Shown here: piece by piece, positions 54,101 through 64,000 of the stretch
Layout of the letters: each line of letters begins with the position of its first letter
Position numbering within the stretch: position 1 is the first letter of the stretch
Source of the DNA: Eledone cirrhosa
Taxonomy: Eukaryota
Direction: 5' to 3'
NCBI GenBank assembly: GCA_964016885.1
Contig: CAXHJY010001268.1
Coordinates: 10,979 to 74,978 of the forward strand
DNA length: 64,000 nucleotides
The notes under the pieces: model-generated
Told to the model about the DNA's origin: nothing
The model's database searches: none
The model's input: the letters and a program-made list of their open reading frames with translations, nothing else
Made by a program: the position numbers and the translations under genes

Positions 54101-56030
54101 TAATATTAACGACATGAAAAAGCTACTAAGAGAAACCCTCGAAAATTTATCGCTAATACAGCAGGGAAAATTTAACGCTAATACAGCAGGGAACATCATA
54201 ATATTAACGACATGAAAAAGCTACTAAGAGAAACCCTCGAAAATTTATCGCTAATACAGCAGGGAAAATTTAACGCTAATACAGCAGGGAACATCATAAT
54301 ATTAACGACAATATGTAGGCTAAAATACCTTCGTAGATTAGGTGGATGGCTGGCTGGGAAAATTTGAATCAGCTCTACTGGTACATTTTAGCAGAGAAGA
54401 ATGGCAAAGTGTCTTATCTCTTCAATATTTTCAGATTGAATGAATTAGGTTAAAGACAGGGTAGTAAGCCTTAAAGAAGTGCATAGAGGGGGGGGGGGGG
54501 GTAGGAACTGAGGGTCGCATGGTAAATAACTGAGAGAGATACAATAGGATTAGAATACCGCATGGTAAATATCCAAGTTAATAAGTTAATACTACATCAG
54601 TAAAATTAACAATAATAACGTCATGAAAAAAGCTACTAAGAGAAACCCTCGAAAATTTATCGCTAATACAGCAGGGAAAATTTAACGCTAATACAGCAGG
54701 GAACATCATAATATTAACGACATGAAAAAGCTACTAAGAGAAACCCTCGAAAATTTATCGCTAATACAGCAGGGAAAATTTAACGCTAATACAGCAGGGA
54801 ACATCATAATATTAACGACATGAAAAAGCTACTAAGAGAAACCCTCGAAAATTTATCGCTAATACAGCAGGGAAAATTTAACGCTAATACAGCAGGGAAC
54901 ATCATAATATTAACGACATGAAAAAGCTACTAAGAGAAACCCTCGAAAATTTATCGCTAATACAGCAGGGAAAATTTAACGCTAATACAGCAGGGAACAT
55001 CATAATATTAACGACATGAAAAAGCTACTAAGAGAAACCCTCGAAAATTTATCGCTAATACAGCAGGGAAAATTTAACGCTAATACAGCAGGGAACATCA
55101 TAATATTAACGACAATATGTAGGCTAAAATACCTTCGTAGATTAGGTGGATGGCTGGCTGGGAAAATTTGAATCAGCTCTACTGGTACATTTTAGCAGAG
55201 AAGAATGGCAAAGTGTCTTATCTCTTCAATATTTTCAGATTGAATGAATTAGGTTAAAGACAGGGTAGTAAGCCTTAAAGAAGTGCATAGAGGGGGGGGG
55301 GTAGGAACTGAGGGTCGCATGGTAAATAACTGAGAGAGATACAATAGGATTAGAATACCGCATGGTAAATATCCAAGTTAATAAGTTAATACTACATCAG
55401 TAAAATTAACAATAATAACGTCATGAAAAAAGCTACTAAGAGAAACCCTCGAAAATTTATCGCTAATACAGCAGGGAAAATTTAACGCTAATACAGCAGG
55501 GAACATCATAATATTAACGACATGAAAAAGCTACTAAGAGAAACCCTCGAAAATTTATCGCTAATACAGCAGGGAAAATTTAACGCTAATACAGCAGGGA
55601 ACATCATAATATTAACGACATGAAAAAGCTACTAAGAGAAACCCTCGAAAATTTATCGCTAATACAGCAGGGAAAATTTAACGCTAATACAGCAGGGAAC
55701 ATCATAATATTAACGACAATATGTAGGCTAAAATACCTTCGTAGATTAGGTGGATGGCTGGCTGGGAAAATTTGAATCAGCTCTACTGGTACATTTTAGC
55801 AGAGAAGAATGGCAAAGTGTCTTATCTCTTCAATATTTTCAGATTGAATGAATTAGGTTAAAGACAGGGTAGTAAGCCTTAAAGAAGTGCATAGAGGGGG
55901 GGGGGGGGGTAGGAACTGAGGGTCGCATGGTAAATAACTGAGAGAGATACAATAGGATTAGAATACCGCATGGTAAATATCCAAGTTAATAAGTTAATAC
56001 TACATCAGTAAAATTAACAATAATAACGTC
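51120..56030 (-). repeat. Higher-order tandem array: 27 x 98-bp units in 7 blocks separated by a ~310-bp G-run-containing linker
   Basis: Blocks of 3,3,3,7,3,5,3 units; each unit contains a 25-bp doublet; G runs of 10-16. Confidence 0.95.
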
Positions 56031-56595
56031 ATATATATATATACTACTGTACGTCTGTATATATATATGTATGTACGTATACATACATACATACTTACAT
56101 TTAAATAAGTGCCGTACTAAGAGTGAGAAATGAAATTTTGTTTCATTGTATTCCATTTATCATTTTCGGTGTGCCCGGCCGACTGAAGTCACTCGATATG
56201 CAAATTAGGCTGCTCAGCCGTTAATATGCATGAGGAAAGTATATACTTTCAGACGTTCAACCATCTGGCAGGAGGGTATACGATGCTGGCGATAGCTAAT
56301 AAGCTTGAAACTAGTACATCTTTCCTGTGTCAGTGTTGAACAAAAAGGTGACGTGGTTGCCTAAACACTGTACGGCGTAATTCGGGCCGTTTGTTTGTTT
56401 ACAAACAAACAAACCGAGCATTATAATAAATGTTCGGTAAACCGATATGTGCATATATATATGTGTGCATGTATGTATATATATACATACTACTGTACGT
56501 CTGTATACATATATGTATGTATGTATACATACATACATACTTACATTTAAGTGCCGTACTAAGAGTGAGAAATGAAATTTCGTTTCATTCTATTC

Positions 56596-59900
<3,305 letters not shown>

Positions 59901-62101
59901 ATCATCATCATCATCATCATCATCAACGTTTAACGTCCGTGTTCCACGCTTGCATGGGTTTGGACGGGGGTAGTCCCACTTGAGGCAAGAGTGATTGTCT
60001 TGCTCGCATAGGACTGTCTGGCAGGTTTTCTACAGTTGGATGCCCTTCCTAACACCAACCACATTTACAGTGTGGGTCTGGGAGGTTTTTACCGTGTTGC
60101 CTACACGGCCACATTACAGCGTGGACTGTGTGTTTTTTTGTCGTGACACCTACACGATCTCATTTGTTTCGGCCTCGATGGCGCGGCACCAACATAACTT
60201 TACATAGAACGGGGTGGTGTGGATGGGGTGGGGGTGGTGGGACGGGGTGTATTTTGTTAGAGATGCCTACTGGCTGGAGTAGGTTTTACTATATATTTAG
60301 GTAAGGCGGGTCTTCTCTGTTACTGAGTACCGCCAAAGGTCTCGGTCCAGTGACATTGTCTTGGAGAGGTGTAAGTGTGTGATGTCGGAGTTTATCAGCT
60401 CGTCCCAGGTTTTTCTAGGTCTGCCTATTCCGTGACTACCGTCTATCTTTATTGCCCTGCACTTTGTTATACAGCTATCGACTTTCATGCGCATCACGTG
60501 TCCATACCAACGTAGCCTTCTCTCGAGTAAACAACATCTGATCCCTCTTATCTCTAATTTTTTCCTTAGTTCGTTTATGCTTTGCCGTTCACGTATATTA
60601 CTGTTACACATCCAGCGGAGCATGCAAGCTTCGTTCCTCTCTAGTCTGCGTATATCCTCTGCACACAATGCCCAGGTCTCACTGCCATGCAGCATTGCTG
60701 TTCGTATGCAGGCATCGTACAACCTGCCTTTCATTTTTAGTGAGAACCCTTTAGCAGCTAATAGTGGTATAAGCTCTCTGAACTTTTTCCAACCAGTTCT
60801 GACTCTAGCTACAGTACTTTCAGAGCACCCTCCCCCACTGCTGATTTTATCGCCCAGGTAACGGAAGCTGTCCACTCTTTCTATAGAACCCTCTGCGCAA
60901 TTGAAAGAGCTAGTAGTTTGTGGGCACTTGCTGCTACTTATTGCACCAGAGCACTGGCCACATGTAAAATCTATGTTCTTAGTTAGCTTACCTGTGATCC
61001 CACTACATCTTTTATGCACCCATACTTTGCATTTAGGACATAAAATGGAGTTTCTACCTACGCCTTTCCTACACACCGAGCACGACCATTTCCCAGAAGG
61101 GACCGCCGCCTTGTTTTCTTTCCTACAAACTAGTACTTTGGTCTTAGCCAGGTTAATTTTAAGTCCTTTTGACTCTAGGCCGTGCTTCCATGTTTGGAAT
61201 TTCTTCTCTAGCTCGGCCATTGATTCCGCTATGAGTGTCAGGTCGTCTGCGTATAGGAGTTCCCATGGGCAGCCTGTCTTGAACTCCTCTGTTATAGCCT
61301 GAAGGGCAATAATAAATAGTAGTGGGCTGAGAACAGAGCCCTGATGGACGCCAACTTTTACGCTAAACTCTTCACTATATTCGTTGTTAATTCTAACCTT
61401 GCTGACTGTTTCTTTATACATGGCTTGTATAGCCCTCACAAGCCATTCGTCAACGCCTAGTTTTCTAAGAGCCCACCAGATAATGGAGCGGGGGACTCTG
61501 TCGAAGGCTTTCTCCAAGTCGACAAAAGCTAAGTAGAGGGGTTTACCTTTAGCTAGGTGCTTCTCCTGTAGTTGTCGTACTATGAAAAGAGCGTCTGTGG
61601 TACTTTTGCCTGACACAAACCCGAACTGCATTTCATCTAGGTCAATTCTCTCTCTGATTAGTTGCGCTATTACTTTTTCCGTGACCTTCATGACCTGGTC
61701 GATTAATTTAATGCCTCTATATTTACTCCTATCTAGAGCGTCTCCTTTACCCTTATAACAGTTAACGATGATGCTGCTATGCCAGTCCTTCGGAACAACC
61801 CCATTCTGTACGACTTGGTTAACTATGCGGGTGACCATGGTGTGTCCCACCGTGCCAGATGCCTTCAGCATCTCAGCAACTATTTCCGAAGGCCCAGCCG
61901 CCTTACCCATCTTCATATCCTTGATTGCCTTACTTATTATACTCCCCTCGACTAACACTGCTGGTCCCTCTATTGGGTCGATATGGGGGAGACTGTCTTT
62001 CTCCCATTTATTCTCCTCATTTAGTAGCCTTTCGAGTGACACTTCCAAGCTACCTTCTTATCAGCGTCGGTGATGGCAAGTGTGCCATCGTCGTTTAGTA
62101 C
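59901..62101 (-). mobile_element. 5'-truncated RTE LINE, family A
   Basis: Nearly identical to 12925-15123; ORF 60297-62048; (TA)n on both sides. Confidence 0.96.
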
Positions 62102-62828
<727 letters not shown>

Positions 62829-63248
62829 TCGAGACCTTTGGCGGTACTCAGTAACAGAGAAGACCCGCCTTGCCAGTAGGCATCTCTAACAAAATACACC
62901 CCGTCCCACCACCACCACCCCCACCCCATCCACACCACCCCGTCCTATGTAAAGTTATGTTGGTGCCGCGCCATCCGGGCCGAAACAAATGAGATCGTGT
63001 AGGTGTCACGACAAAAAAACACACAGTCCACGCTGTAATGTGGCCGTGTAGGCAACACGGTAAAAACCTCCCAGACCCACACTGTAAATGTGGTTGGTGT
63101 TAGGAAGGGCATCCAACTGTAGAAAACCTGCCAGACAGTCCTATGCGAGCAAGACAATCACTCTTGCCTCAAGTGGGACTACCCCCGTCCAAACCCATGC
63201 AAGCGTGGAACACGGACGTTAAACGTTGATGATGATGATGATGATGAT
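62829..63248 (+). mobile_element. RTE family A 3' end, 28-bp deletion variant
   Basis: gacccgcctt|gccagtagg versus the full-length copies; (ATG)n tail. Confidence 0.93.
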
Positions 63249-63252
63249 ATAC

Positions 63253-63409
<157 letters not shown>

Positions 63410-63419
63410 CATATACATA

Positions 63420-63451
<32 letters not shown>

Positions 63452-63490
63452 CATATATATACATATATATATATACATATATATATATAC

Positions 63491-63575
<85 letters not shown>

Positions 63576-63579
63576 CATA

Positions 63580-64000
63580 TCATCATCATCATCATCAACG
63601 TTTTACGTCCGTGTTCCACGCTTGCATGGGTTTGGACGGGGGTAGTCCCACTTGAGACAAGAGTGATTGTCTTGCTCGCATAGGACTGTCTGGCAGGTTT
63701 TCTACAGTTGGATGCCCTTCCTAACACCAACCACATTTACAGTGTGGGTCTGGGAGGTTTTTACCGTGTTGCCTACACGGCCACATTACAGCGTGGACTG
63801 TGTGTTTTTTAGTCGTGACACCTACACGATCTCGTTTGTTTCGGCCTGGATGGCGCGGCACCAACATAACTTTACATGGAACGGGGTGGTTTGGATGGGG
63901 TGGGGGTGGTGGCGGGACGGGGTGTAGTTTGTTAGAGATGCCTACTGGCAAGGCGGGTCTTCTCTGTTACTGAGTACCGCCAAAGGTCACGGTCCAGTGA
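63580..64000 (-). mobile_element. RTE family A 3' end, same deletion variant, runs off the window
   Basis: Reverse complement of 62829-63248. Confidence 0.93.

Larger units (their letters stand above)
47461..56030 (-). mobile_element. Full-length RTE LINE, family B, 8.57 kb including 5' array
   Basis: (ATG)n tail at 47461; intact ORF; left and right flanks rejoin into one interrupted 432-bp repeat. Confidence 0.88.

Noticed and set aside
51120-56030. CRISPR-like appearance of an array next to a reverse transcriptase
   Set aside because: No unique spacers: units and linkers are near-identical. No cas genes, and the context is a eukaryotic intron

Overview
AT-rich, microsatellite-laden animal DNA; the repeat landscape suggests an octopod cephalopod (inference). 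The window is the interior of a huntingtin (HTT) gene on the + strand. Twelve phase-consistent GT-AG exons (16436-45156, 1676 nt, about 558 aa) match the bridge/C-HEAT region of HTT; no exon is visible in the first 16.4 kb or the last 18.8 kb. The introns hold at least five large RTE-clade LINE copies whose RT contains an inserted C4HC3 PHD finger. One is an intact 8.57-kb insertion carrying a 4.9-kb higher-order tandem array at its 5' end. Also present are R4/Dong-like fragments, tRNA-derived SINEs, TIR elements and kb-long (TA)n tracts. The least expected signal is about ten type I hammerhead-ribozyme motifs from several families, mostly near (TA)n. They include a three-copy family with a ~116-nt covarying stem II and a 432-bp retrozyme-like tandem unit. 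The long YI/IY ORFs in the track are microsatellite artefacts. All homology calls are from memory, with no searches run.
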